In this document: piece after piece, positions 1 through 9,089 of the stretch | Layout of the letters: each line of letters starts with the position of its first letter | How positions within the stretch are numbered: the first letter of the stretch is position 1 | From: a bacterium | GTDB lineage: Bacteria; Patescibacteriota; Dojkabacteria; JAKAPS01; JAJZLI01 | Length of the DNA stretch: 46,394 nucleotides | Direction of reading: 5' to 3' | NCBI GenBank assembly: GCA_027371855.1 | Contig: DAHXLB010000010.1 | Span: 1-46,394 of the forward strand | Made by a program: the position numbers and the translations under genes | Notes under the pieces: generated by a model | What the model saw: only the letters and a program-made list of their open reading frames with translations | Databases searched by the model: none | What the model was told of the DNA's origin: nothing

Positions 1-259
1 ATTTGTTGGTAAGCTCCCATATAGCATCACAGATGCAGAGCTTGAAGAAGTTTTTGCTAAAGTTGGAAAAGTTGTTTCAGCTAAAGTAATAATGGATAAA
101 GTTACAGGACAAGGCAAAGGCTTTGGTTTTGTTGAAATGGATACAGACGAAGATGCACAAAAAGCAGTTTCTGAGTTAAATAATAGTACATTAGACGGTA
201 GGAATATCGTAGTTAATGAAGCTAGACCAAGAGAGCCAAGAGAGAATAATAGATATTAA
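1..259 (+). CDS. RRM-domain RNA-binding protein (5'-truncated by window edge)
   Basis: Not in the ORF track. Frame 2 translates as FVGKLPYSITDAELEEVFAKVGKVVSAKVIMDKVTGQGKGFGFVEM...LDGRNIVVNEARPREPRENNRY*, with RNP2 (FVGKLP) and RNP1 (KGFGFVEM) motifs. TAA at 257-259. Confidence 0.93.
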   Translation, partial: FVGKLPYSITDAELEEVFAKVGKVVSAKVIMDKVTGQGKGFGFVEMDTDEDAQKAVSELNNSTLDGRNIVVNEARPREPRENNRY

Positions 260-283
260 TCTAAGTTTCTCGTAACTTCATAC

Positions 284-318
284 AAGGACATACATTATGT
301 ATGTCCTTTATGTTTGTT
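284..318 (+). terminator. Probable intrinsic terminator after the RRM gene
   Basis: Perfect 11-bp stem AAGGACATACA (284-294) / TGTATGTCCTT (298-308), followed by T-rich tatgtttgtt. Confidence 0.7.
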
Positions 319-338
319 GATCTAGTTATTTCTAGATG

Positions 339-367
339 TTGACAATATACATTGTGGTGTATATCAT
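339..367 (+). promoter_or_regulatory. Sigma70 promoter of the toxin-antitoxin operon (leaderless)
   Basis: TTGACA (339-344), 17 bp, TATCAT (362-367). The ATG at 374 lies only 6 nt downstream. Confidence 0.8.
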
Positions 368-373
368 AGAATT

Positions 374-622
374 ATGATAAGAAGCCAAATATATTTAACA
401 GAGAATCAAATAAAATTTTTAAAAAGAATTTCCTTTGAAAAGGAAGTTACTATGTCTGATATAGTAAGAGAAGCTCTTGATGAAAAGTTCTCTTATAAAA
501 AGAATAAAGTAAATAAAAATTCTGGAGATCTACTATTAAAAATTGCGGGATATGCTAAATTAGGAAAAACAAATGCTCCAAAGGATCTTGCATCTAATGT
601 TGATAAATATTTATATAGATAA
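374..622 (+). CDS. Ribbon-helix-helix (CopG-like) antitoxin
   Basis: MIRSQIYLT beta-strand followed by helices (MSDIVREALD). Stop overlaps the start of the downstream PIN gene. Confidence 0.8.
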   Translation: MIRSQIYLTENQIKFLKRISFEKEVTMSDIVREALDEKFSYKKNKVNKNSGDLLLKIAGYAKLGKTNAPKDLASNVDKYLYR

Positions 623-1044
623 TGAAAATTGTAGCAGATTCAAACTATTTTGTTGCCCTAGCATCCATTAATGATAATTTATATTCAACTGCTTTTAATC
701 TAGCAAAACTGATTAAAGATCGGGAAGATAAAATATATATTAACAAATACATATTTTTAGAAATAGTCACTATAATATCTCAAAAAATTAGTAGAGATAT
801 ATCAATAAAAGTGGGTAGGGACTTGTTAGAAAATACAGGAGAGATAGAAGTATTAGATATTGACAGTATTATGTTCCAGAAAACTTGGGATATTATTCAG
901 AAGGTGAAAGATAAAAATATAAGTTTTGTTGACTGTTCATTGATTGTATTAAAAAATGAAATTGCCACAGATACAATATTGACATTTGATGTTACTGGTT
1001 TTACAAAGTTAAGAAAATTTTATAAATTCCAATACTACAAGTAA
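622..1044 (+). CDS. vapC: PIN-domain VapC-family toxin
   Basis: Acidic PIN residues in IVADSN, FLEIV, SFVDC and LTFD. 140 aa; translationally coupled to the RHH gene. Confidence 0.85.
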   Translation: MKIVADSNYFVALASINDNLYSTAFNLAKLIKDREDKIYINKYIFLEIVTIISQKISRDISIKVGRDLLENTGEIEVLDIDSIMFQKTWDIIQKVKDKNISFVDCSLIVLKNEIATDTILTFDVTGFTKLRKFYKFQYYK

Positions 1045-1051
1045 CCTTAAT

Positions 1052-2881
1052 TTAATTCTTTATATTTATCTTAATTGAAGTTGATTTTGCAGGTAGTAAT
1101 CCAAATATTGAAAATATAGATGGATTATCTACAATTTTAACACTCTCTACACCTTTATTTTTTAAAATTTCTGTTTTTGCAAAACTAAAAGATTTACCTT
1201 TTATGTTAGAAATTATATTATTTGCATTTAAATTCTTAAATTCTACCCCAGAATATGATACATCTATTTGAATTGTCCCGTTTGGGGTTACAGATACTTT
1301 ATTAATAGTATATTTAATGCTCTTTATAGTGTTTTGATTAGTTGTTAAGCCATTTTCTAGTACTTTAGATATATTGGTTTTGCTATATGCTTGTCCTTCG
1401 CTTTTTGTTTGTTCTGATAAATTTAAAACTTGTGCCGCAGTTCCAGGTTGATTATCAAATGTAGTATTGATAACAACATTTTTTACTGATGAAGGTACAA
1501 ATACAAGCCCATTTCTAACCTCTGAACTGAGTTTAGAATCTCCTTCTTGAAAAAGTTTTTGTGAAAGTGAATTTTGTAAATTAGTTTGATCCTGGGCTGA
1601 GACTACTTGTTCAGTTTTAGAAGTGTAATTACCCCCGGAAAAAGCATTTTGATTATACCCAGTGATATTTGATATTCCTTGTACAGACCAAGTTTGTCCT
1701 TGTCCTTCAGGGGTATTAGTTTGTGCTGTTACACTAACAGACACAGTTCCTGGGGCTGATATTGGAGAAGATTGTTGGGGGACTGACACTGAGCTATCTG
1801 TAGTACATGTATATCCATCTGTGGCAGTTAGAACAGTTCCTTGAGGAACTGTAACAGATTGTGAAGTATTATAGTTTGCAAGTGTTACTGTACCAGTTGC
1901 ATAGGATCCAGAGGAAACTGTTTTAGTTCCAGTTGTATTTGCATATTGAGATCCTGATTCTGTAGCTGTTATTACACTAGATGGGATTTTCATATTTGAA
2001 GGAGAAATTGATGATATATTTGGATCCGCTATTACTGTAGTAGTTCCAGATATTTTACTTCCTTTCATTAAAACAGTAATATTAGCTTTTGTTAGGAAAA
2101 GAAAATATATTATAAATATAATCAATAAGATAAGTATTACTACGCCTACTATTATTTTGTTATTTCTTGCAAAATTTTTATTTTTTGTGAAAATAGGACT
2201 CTTGAATAAGTTTGGAGGAATAACTTTTTTCTTTTCCTCTGTTTTATCCTTTTTAGTAAATGTTCTTTTAAAATCATCTTTTTTATCTTCTACAAAATCA
2301 AAATTTGGTTCACTTTTATTTCTATCTGATGCTACGTCTCCACCTACAAGTAATTCAAAGCCATCGAGTGAAACTTTCTTTGAGTTATTGAATGTTTTGG
2401 GTTCTTTATTGAGAGTTAATTTTTCTATATTATCATCTTTTAAAGATTCTTTTTCTTCTTCAGTCTCTTCAAATTCGTGTGTTTCAGGTATGTCTTCTTG
2501 TGTCTCAAGATTATCCACAGCTGCATATATATCAGACCCATAAGGTTCTTTTCTTGATAATTTGGATGCTTCATTTAATCTCTTTTTTAGATCAATGGCA
2601 TCTTTCCAAGTGCCTTCAGTAACATCTCCTATTCTTTGTAATGCTACAAACCCTGATGCTGATGCTATATTTCTACCTTTTTCATCCATAGTTACAAGGA
2701 CAATATCTTTATCATTCTTATCAACTATTTTTTTTAGCATTTTGAGTCCGATTTGGGAGGATATTATCCCTGATCTTTCAGGTACTACAAGTATAACCCT
2801 GTTTGTTTGGGATTTAAGTATTTTTTCTGCTACAAATGTTATCTCATCGTCTAAATCGACAAATACTTTAGTATCTTTCAT
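1052..2881 (-). CDS. Bitopic membrane protein: N-terminal cytoplasmic alpha/beta domain, acidic linker, TM, extracellular baseplate-J/gp47-like domain
   Basis: Single TM at ~aa 244-262. The extracellular part contains ATGTVTLAN...VPQGTVL...GTVSVSVTA, typical of baseplate-J-like domains. Lies directly downstream of the ftsA-like gene. Confidence 0.65.
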   Translation of the reverse strand: MKDTKVFVDLDDEITFVAEKILKSQTNRVILVVPERSGIISSQIGLKMLKKIVDKNDKDIVLVTMDEKGRNIASASGFVALQRIGDVTEGTWKDAIDLKKRLNEASKLSRKEPYGSDIYAAVDNLETQEDIPETHEFEETEEEKESLKDDNIEKLTLNKEPKTFNNSKKVSLDGFELLVGGDVASDRNKSEPNFDFVEDKKDDFKRTFTKKDKTEEKKKVIPPNLFKSPIFTKNKNFARNNKIIVGVVILILLIIFIIYFLFLTKANITVLMKGSKISGTTTVIADPNISSISPSNMKIPSSVITATESGSQYANTTGTKTVSSGSYATGTVTLANYNTSQSVTVPQGTVLTATDGYTCTTDSSVSVPQQSSPISAPGTVSVSVTAQTNTPEGQGQTWSVQGISNITGYNQNAFSGGNYTSKTEQVVSAQDQTNLQNSLSQKLFQEGDSKLSSEVRNGLVFVPSSVKNVVINTTFDNQPGTAAQVLNLSEQTKSEGQAYSKTNISKVLENGLTTNQNTIKSIKYTINKVSVTPNGTIQIDVSYSGVEFKNLNANNIISNIKGKSFSFAKTEILKNKGVESVKIVDNPSIFSIFGLLPAKSTSIKINIKN

Positions 2882-2886
2882 ATGTT

Positions 2887-4107
2887 TTATATTGCAACTA
2901 TTACATCATCTTTCATAATATCTAATACTACTCTTGCTAATGCTACAGGCGTTACATCTTCAGGTCTAGTTAGTTGTAATGTCTTATCTACTATACCATC
3001 AATTTTTTCTGGAGATAAGAAGTTTATCTTTGGATTTCTGTGAAAAGGTAATATTACTGACCATGGGTATTCTACAAGCTTAGACCTTATTTCTTGAAGT
3101 TTAGATCCTCCTCCACAAAGTAATATTTGATCTGGGTACACTTTTACATCTTCCATATCTTCTAGCGATATTTCAACGCCAGATATCCATAAATCAAGAT
3201 CCTTTTTTACAGCATCTCTAACTTTTAAAGATAATGATTTATCTATATCCATTTCTGCATACTCTATTTTTACTTTTTCTGCATCTTCATAGGATATTTG
3301 TAAATCTGATGCAATTCTTTTTGTAAAAGACCTTCCTCCCATTGCAAACATTTTTGTATCTTGAAAAGTTCCTTGTGTTACTAATGCTATATCTGTTGTA
3401 CCACCGCCGACATCAATAATAATAGCATCAAAATTCAGATCTCTACTTCCTTTAACAGATCTTGCTATAGCAAAAGGCTGTACGGCAGTAATAATAGGGG
3501 TAAGATCTAACTGTTTTAATATATCATCTAGAGCTCCTGCAAAAACTAGGGGTGTATAAACGAAATATATGCTTAAGGTGACTTTTTTACCTTGAAACCC
3601 TATAGGAGATGATATTTTATAGTCATCAATAAAAGTATCAGTAACTGTAGCATTTATTAGTTTTATTTGTGTTTTATCTGATCCAGTTGCATCTGTAAAT
3701 TTTTTTATAGCTTCATCATGAGCAGTTGCATGTATTTTATCTAATATACGTCTTATTTCTGCTTCATCTATTTTCTGTTCGGGATCTTCTCTTTCATAAT
3801 TTATCTTAACGCCTACACCTTTTACAAGTTCTCCTGCAATTCCTATTACAGTCTTTTTAGGTATATCTATATCAAGGCCTTCCATTGCAAGATCTATAGC
3901 TTTCTGACATGTAGTTACAACACTTTTAATATTTGTAACCACCCCACCCTTCATAGCATTTAAGGGTTGTCTTTCTTTTCCGAACCCTAAAATAATTACA
4001 TTATCTTCCTCTATATCACAGACAAGAACTTTAACAAATTCTGTCCCAATATCAAGAGAAAAAAAAGTTTTATCATCAAGTTTTGATTTTCTTCCAAATA
4101 TAGGCAT
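2887..4107 (-). CDS. ftsA: FtsA-family actin-like ATPase (paralog, not linked to ftsZ)
   Basis: Phosphate-1 SLDIGT, MKGGVVTNI (SHS2 region), phosphate-2 IDVGGGTTD, MGGRSFT and adenosine CGGGSKL motifs. Confidence 0.8.
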   Translation of the reverse strand: MPIFGRKSKLDDKTFFSLDIGTEFVKVLVCDIEEDNVIILGFGKERQPLNAMKGGVVTNIKSVVTTCQKAIDLAMEGLDIDIPKKTVIGIAGELVKGVGVKINYEREDPEQKIDEAEIRRILDKIHATAHDEAIKKFTDATGSDKTQIKLINATVTDTFIDDYKISSPIGFQGKKVTLSIYFVYTPLVFAGALDDILKQLDLTPIITAVQPFAIARSVKGSRDLNFDAIIIDVGGGTTDIALVTQGTFQDTKMFAMGGRSFTKRIASDLQISYEDAEKVKIEYAEMDIDKSLSLKVRDAVKKDLDLWISGVEISLEDMEDVKVYPDQILLCGGGSKLQEIRSKLVEYPWSVILPFHRNPKINFLSPEKIDGIVDKTLQLTRPEDVTPVALARVVLDIMKDDVIVAI

Positions 4108-4199
4108 ACTTATATATTACACGATAGCACATTTAATATTTCAAAAAAAGGATATTTATATAAAAAGATTCATTATCAATAATTAAGACAATAATACTG

Positions 4200-4487
4200 T
4201 TAACTTTTCTGTTTGTTTTTAAATAATTTGTATATTTTAACAATATTTGAGGTTCTCAAAAGTGCTCCTTTAACTGCTTTTAAATAAATACCTTTATCAA
4301 AGAAGACATCTCCTATAAAATCTTGCTCTTTCTTGATGTTATTTGTAATATCACCAATGTTATCTATTATTCTTTTACCTGTGCGTATATTTTTCCATAT
4401 ATTATAAAGCACTATAATTAGTTCAATAAGGAATACCAGTAGTAATAAAAGAACAATAATTGATAATATTTCAAGAATTATTAACAT
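4200..4487 (-). CDS. Small membrane-anchored hypothetical protein
   Basis: N-terminal hydrophobic helix followed by a coiled segment. Extended -10 TGcTAATAT lies 7 nt upstream of the ATG. Confidence 0.65.
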   Translation of the reverse strand: MLIILEILSIIVLLLLLVFLIELIIVLYNIWKNIRTGKRIIDNIGDITNNIKKEQDFIGDVFFDKGIYLKAVKGALLRTSNIVKIYKLFKNKQKS

Positions 4488-4506
4488 AGCTAATATATTA
4501 GCATTT

Positions 4507-5436
4507 TTAACTTGCTTTTGAAATGGTTAACTTTCCATTTTGATACTTTAATATGAGTATTACAAAACCATACCCACTCACAGGTACTGGTTTTTGATTA
4601 TATATAATACTTATGTTTTGTATATTTCCAACATTTAGTGTAATGATTGAATCACTTTTTAGAGTAGTTTTTTTACCGTTCTTTAATATATGATTAAAAA
4701 GGATAGTTTTCCCAGTAGTTGCATTTATAAATGTAGATGAACTTTTATCTAAGATGGTAACAGTAAAAGTAGAGGCATTCTCTATCTTTAAAAGTTTTAA
4801 ATTTACATATTTTATATCAAATATATCATTGTTTTTTATTCCTAATGTATTTACAACTGATACATTTATCTTATTCAAACCATTTTGCAACCCTACAGTG
4901 ATATTGAAGGATCCGTTAGGATTAATATTGGTTACTTTATATCCCCCAATAAAAACATTATTTCCGGCATTAGTTTTTCCTATTATTTGTATATTAGAGT
5001 TATATGTTGTAAATGAAGATTCTTTTGGACTTGTTATATTTAGCGTAGGTGGTGTTTTAAAAACAATATATTCATGTATTGCATATATTCCTATTATTAC
5101 TATTATTAAGGCAACAAAAAATATAGTAAAAGCAATTTTCCCATTAAACATAAATGGTATTTTTACTTTTTTCTGCTTTTTTTCCATCATATGTGATTCC
5201 ACTTCTTTGGATTCTCTTTTATACAGGAGTCCAACTTTATTAGGATCTAGACCTAAATATTTTGCATATATTTTTATAAATCCTTTAGTTGTTGATATTG
5301 AAGGGAATTTACTAAAATCTCCTTCTTCTATCGCCTGTATCAAAGGTTTTTTAATCTTTGTCTCTTCAGATACTTTGTCTTGTGAAAATCCTAGCTGTTT
5401 TCTTGTATTCTTTAAAAGATCAGATACATTTTTCAT
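4507..5436 (-). CDS. rodZ: RodZ-like protein (HTH - TM - Ig-like - DUF4115-like)
   Basis: N-terminal HTH (KGFIKIYAKYLGLD), TM at ~aa 102-120, PPTLNITSP Ig-like domain, and a C-terminal LFNHILKNG...LNVGN domain. Confidence 0.75.
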   Translation of the reverse strand: MKNVSDLLKNTRKQLGFSQDKVSEETKIKKPLIQAIEEGDFSKFPSISTTKGFIKIYAKYLGLDPNKVGLLYKRESKEVESHMMEKKQKKVKIPFMFNGKIAFTIFFVALIIVIIGIYAIHEYIVFKTPPTLNITSPKESSFTTYNSNIQIIGKTNAGNNVFIGGYKVTNINPNGSFNITVGLQNGLNKINVSVVNTLGIKNNDIFDIKYVNLKLLKIENASTFTVTILDKSSSTFINATTGKTILFNHILKNGKKTTLKSDSIITLNVGNIQNISIIYNQKPVPVSGYGFVILILKYQNGKLTISKAS

Positions 5437-5445
5437 AGTCTAATG

Positions 5446-6189
5446 TTATATTTTAAATAATTTTTCTGCATTACTCGTTGTTATCTCTGTAGTATTAGTG
5501 ATTCCTTTTAAATTATTAATATTCTCAATTATATATATTAGATTTAAACTTGTATTAGGATAGTCACCTCTTTTAGGTTCTGGAGTAAGGAAAGGGGAGT
5601 CAGTCTCTACTAATATATTTTCTATACCTATATTATATATCAAATCTTTTATTAGTGTTGAATTTTTAAATGTAGAAATACCATTAAATGAAACATAAAA
5701 TCCTAGGTCTATTATTTTTTTTAATATTGAAATATCTCCTGAGGCAGAATGTATAACTCCATTATTCTCCCCACCTTTATAATATTTTGATAATATTGTA
5801 TAAGTATCCTTTAAGGCTTCCCTTGTATGGACTATTAAAGGAAGTTTGTGATCTAAAGCTATTTCTATTTGCATCTTGAATACTTCTTTTTGTAAATTCA
5901 CATCGTATGGAGGTCTGTAATAATCTAAACCACACTCTCCAATAGCTATGGTTCCTTTCCTTATTGTTGATTCAATAAGTTCCTTAGTTATAGTTTTGTC
6001 TGTCTCTGTAGGATGTATTCCAACTGCATAATAAACATTATCAATAACTTCTAATGGATTGGTCCTGCTATCTATGATGGTTGTTGCTGGGACTATAATT
6101 TTTGACACACCACTGTCTTTCGCTTTTTTTATTATATCTCTAGGGTTTTTGAAAAATTCTTTTGTTATATGTGCATGTGTGTCAATCAT
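5446..6189 (-). CDS. tatD: TatD-family hydrolase
   Basis: IDTHAH, GIHP, IGECGLDYY, VHTREA and ETDSPFL motifs; adjacent to metG. Confidence 0.95.
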   Translation of the reverse strand: MIDTHAHITKEFFKNPRDIIKKAKDSGVSKIIVPATTIIDSRTNPLEVIDNVYYAVGIHPTETDKTITKELIESTIRKGTIAIGECGLDYYRPPYDVNLQKEVFKMQIEIALDHKLPLIVHTREALKDTYTILSKYYKGGENNGVIHSASGDISILKKIIDLGFYVSFNGISTFKNSTLIKDLIYNIGIENILVETDSPFLTPEPKRGDYPNTSLNLIYIIENINNLKGITNTTEITTSNAEKLFKI

Positions 6190-6205
6190 TGGGTCTAGAT
6201 CCTTA

Positions 6206-7876
6206 CTATAATTTGTCCTCTTCTAAAGCTATATTAGAAGTTTCTATTTTAGGAAAGATTATATATGGTTTATTTATCTTTGCATCAAATCTTTTGTATT
6301 TAAATTCAGAGATTTTAATATTTAATATTTTTGATAATTTTTCTGCACCATCAGGTGTAATAGGAGAAAGAATTATGTTAAGTGCATAGACGTACTGCAT
6401 TAGTCTATATATATCTTCTTTAGAATTGCTTTTCCATATCGCTATATCATTAAATAATTTATTTGCATGATCAGAAAATTCCAAAATATTACGCACTGCA
6501 TTTTGGAATTGAAAAGACTCTATATTTAAAGAAACTTTATTAATCATATCTTCTATGTATTTTTCATCATCTATTTCATGTGACTTAAGAGTTTCTCCAT
6601 TAAAATTTTTATATAAGAAAGTAAGTGTTCTATTGATATAATTACCTATATTTGAAGAAAGATCAGAGTTTATAGATGTTATAAATTCCTTCCATGTAAA
6701 ATTGAAATCTTTATTTTCTGGCATATTTGCTGTGAGATAAAACCTACTTTGGTCTGTCCCATATTTAGAAACTAGATATTCTGCTGGTAAAATATGATTG
6801 TTACTTTTTGACATTTTTTCTCCCTCTAAAAGAACATATTCATTGGCAACAATATTAGTTGGTAATGACAGTTCTTTGTTATATCCAATAAGAATTGAAG
6901 GCCATATAATAGTATGAAATATTATATTATCCTTAGCCATGAAATATATGGATCTGGATCCAGATTTTGAGTTTTTAGAAAAGTAATCATTCCAATTATT
7001 TCTTTTGTATTCCTTAGTAGCAGATAAATATCCTATTACTGCTTCAAACCATACATATATAACTTTGTTTTCATATCCCTTTAAGGGTACAGGTATCCCA
7101 TAATTGAGATCTCTTGTTATTGATCTATCAAATAGTCCATCTTTCATATATGCAAGAGAGAAGTCTATAGTATTTTTTCTAAATTGGTGATTACCGTTTA
7201 TATATTTTTTAATTTTTTCTTCAAAATTACCAAGTTTAAAGAAGAAGTTTTCAGTTTCTCTAAGCTCAGGAGTGGATCCACATATTTTACATCTTGGATC
7301 TTTTATATCATCAAAAGTTATAAAGGAATTACAACGCTCACAACTTTCGCCAACTCTTACATTTTCTTTACCACATTTAGGACATGTACCTAGTACATAT
7401 CTATCTGGTATAAACCTATTATCATTCAAACAGAAAGGTTGTTTTTCTAAACCCTTTATTATGTGTCCTTTTTTATATAGATCAAGAAATATTTCTTGTA
7501 CTGTATCTTTGTGGTTTTTAGTTTCCGTACTAGTCCATAGATCATAATCTATTTTAAATAATTTTAGTGTCTTATCCCAAATCTTGTTGGATGTTTTTGC
7601 AAACTCTGATGGGTCTTTATTCTCAATTTCTGCCTGTAGTTGTACTGGAGCTCCATGCATGTCTCCCCCAGATACAAATATTGTATCCATACCTTTAAGT
7701 TTTAAATAGCGATGATATATGTCTGCAGGTAGGTAACATCCCGCTATATGTCCCACATGTGGAGCCCCATTTACATATGGCCATGAGGTTGTAACCAGAT
7801 ACTTTGGATCTAGATCATTTGAGACAAGTCCCTTTGGATCTAGATCATTTTGGCTAAATTCCTTATTTGTCTTCAT
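6206..7876 (-). CDS. metG: Methionine--tRNA ligase (short form, no C-terminal tRNA-binding domain)
   Basis: PYVNGAPHVGH (HIGH), zinc-knuckle cysteines, YVWFEA and KMSKS motifs. Confidence 0.97.
   Translation of the reverse strand: MKTNKEFSQNDLDPKGLVSNDLDPKYLVTTSWPYVNGAPHVGHIAGCYLPADIYHRYLKLKGMDTIFVSGGDMHGAPVQLQAEIENKDPSEFAKTSNKIWDKTLKLFKIDYDLWTSTETKNHKDTVQEIFLDLYKKGHIIKGLEKQPFCLNDNRFIPDRYVLGTCPKCGKENVRVGESCERCNSFITFDDIKDPRCKICGSTPELRETENFFFKLGNFEEKIKKYINGNHQFRKNTIDFSLAYMKDGLFDRSITRDLNYGIPVPLKGYENKVIYVWFEAVIGYLSATKEYKRNNWNDYFSKNSKSGSRSIYFMAKDNIIFHTIIWPSILIGYNKELSLPTNIVANEYVLLEGEKMSKSNNHILPAEYLVSKYGTDQSRFYLTANMPENKDFNFTWKEFITSINSDLSSNIGNYINRTLTFLYKNFNGETLKSHEIDDEKYIEDMINKVSLNIESFQFQNAVRNILEFSDHANKLFNDIAIWKSNSKEDIYRLMQYVYALNIILSPITPDGAEKLSKILNIKISEFKYKRFDAKINKPYIIFPKIETSNIALEEDKL
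7802..7850. repeat. 19-bp perfect direct repeat (30-bp period) with palindromic core GATCTAGATC, inside the 5' end of metG
   Basis: CTTTGGATCTAGATCATTT at 7802-7820 and 7832-7850; encodes NDLDPK twice. Confidence 0.9.
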
Positions 7877-7883
7877 AAAAAGT

Positions 7884-7892
7884 ATTATATCA
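7884..7892 (-). promoter_or_regulatory. Extended -10 promoter of metG (leaderless)
   Basis: TGaTATAAT on the minus strand, 7 nt before the ATG. Confidence 0.65.
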
Positions 7893-7906
7893 AATATGTG
7901 GAGTTA

Positions 7907-8272
7907 CTATATAATGCTTATTAAAAAATAGAGTATTATTGCTGTTGTAGGTATAGCAAATATCATTAGTATGTCTAATTCACCGAACACTCTTAAAAGT
8001 ATCATTATAGATATTGTTAGAGGAATTATTATTGAATTTTTTATGAAATTTTTTGGGGTTGGTTTTATAAGGGAAACAAAAAAAGTTATAAAAAAGAATA
8101 ATATAAAGAATATCTCTAATACTACTATATATATATTTAAAGTAATAATATTTCCATTAGAGTTTTTGGGAGTTATAAGAAAATTAGTTGTTACAATGAA
8201 TGCTATTATAAATAACAATAGACCATATAAGATTTTTTTTATATGTTTTTTATGTTTAATCTTTTTTTCCAT
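7907..8272 (-). CDS. Small 4-TM membrane protein
   Basis: Four hydrophobic segments; overlaps the end of the rimK-like gene, consistent with an operon. Confidence 0.65.
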   Translation of the reverse strand: MEKKIKHKKHIKKILYGLLLFIIAFIVTTNFLITPKNSNGNIITLNIYIVVLEIFFILFFFITFFVSLIKPTPKNFIKNSIIIPLTISIMILLRVFGELDILMIFAIPTTAIILYFLISII

Positions 8273-9089
8273 TGAGGCAATATTCTAATATATCTTCTGC
8301 TATATTTTGTCCTACAGCCTTAGAAATTCCTGAAATGCCAGGTGTTCTATTTACTTCAAGTATGTAAGCCAAATTATTTTTCAAAAGTATATCTACTCCT
8401 GCAATTTTAGCATTTAGAGTATCTGCTGCAGAATGTGCAAGATTAATAATTTTTTTTGAAAGATCAATTTTTTTAACTGTTGCCCCCATATGATAATTAG
8501 CTTTAAATTCACCTTTTTTAGGAATTCTTTCCATGGCAAATTCTTTGTTACCTATTATGAACACTCTTAAATCTTTAGTATAAGGTATATATTCTTGTAT
8601 TATATAATGGTGATTCAAATCATAGAGTAATAATTTTTTAAGTTCATTTTTATTTTTAATCATAAATACTCCTTTCCCCTGCATTGAGTTTATTTTTTTT
8701 GCTATTACTGGGTATTCTATATTTATATTATCATCATATTCATAAGTTTTTGGATGGGGTAATCCAGATTTTTGGATGATATAACTATCATATAATTTAT
8801 TAATGGCATATTTAGTATAGAGCATATTATTATCAAAATATTTTACTTTGTTATCATTTAAATATTGTGATATAGTTACTGCTTTTTTTATATCATTAAT
8901 TGCTCTGTAGATTATATAATCAAAAAATTTTAATGGCTCTTTATTATATATAAATTCAGAAATATCTAGATATACTTTTTTAATATCTATTATGTCTATC
9001 TTATGTCCAATTTTCTCTCCAGCTTTAATAAAAAGTAAATTTTCTTTATTTTCAAGACTTGGGAGGGAAGTTAAAATACCTATTCTCAT
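8256..9089 (-). CDS. rimK: RimK-family ATP-grasp ligase
   Basis: YPVIAK, QGKGV, IIQEYI, DLRVFIIG, FKANYHMGA, AGVDI and LEVNRTPG motifs. Confidence 0.85.
   Translation of the reverse strand: MRIGILTSLPSLENKENLLFIKAGEKIGHKIDIIDIKKVYLDISEFIYNKEPLKFFDYIIYRAINDIKKAVTISQYLNDNKVKYFDNNMLYTKYAINKLYDSYIIQKSGLPHPKTYEYDDNINIEYPVIAKKINSMQGKGVFMIKNKNELKKLLLYDLNHHYIIQEYIPYTKDLRVFIIGNKEFAMERIPKKGEFKANYHMGATVKKIDLSKKIINLAHSAADTLNAKIAGVDILLKNNLAYILEVNRTPGISGISKAVGQNIAEDILEYCLNGKKD

Noticed and set aside
1052-2881. Prophage or contractile injection system suggested by the baseplate-J-like domain
   Set aside because: No sheath, tube, spike, terminase, capsid or integrase genes are present; the protein is membrane-anchored among housekeeping genes.
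5241-5255. TAGGATCTAGACCTA in rodZ as an inserted palindrome
   Set aside because: It encodes LGLDP, where LGLD is a normal conserved RodZ HTH motif, so no insertion is implied. Similar GGATC words in tkt (AGSGH) and purA (VGSGP) also fall in conserved codons.
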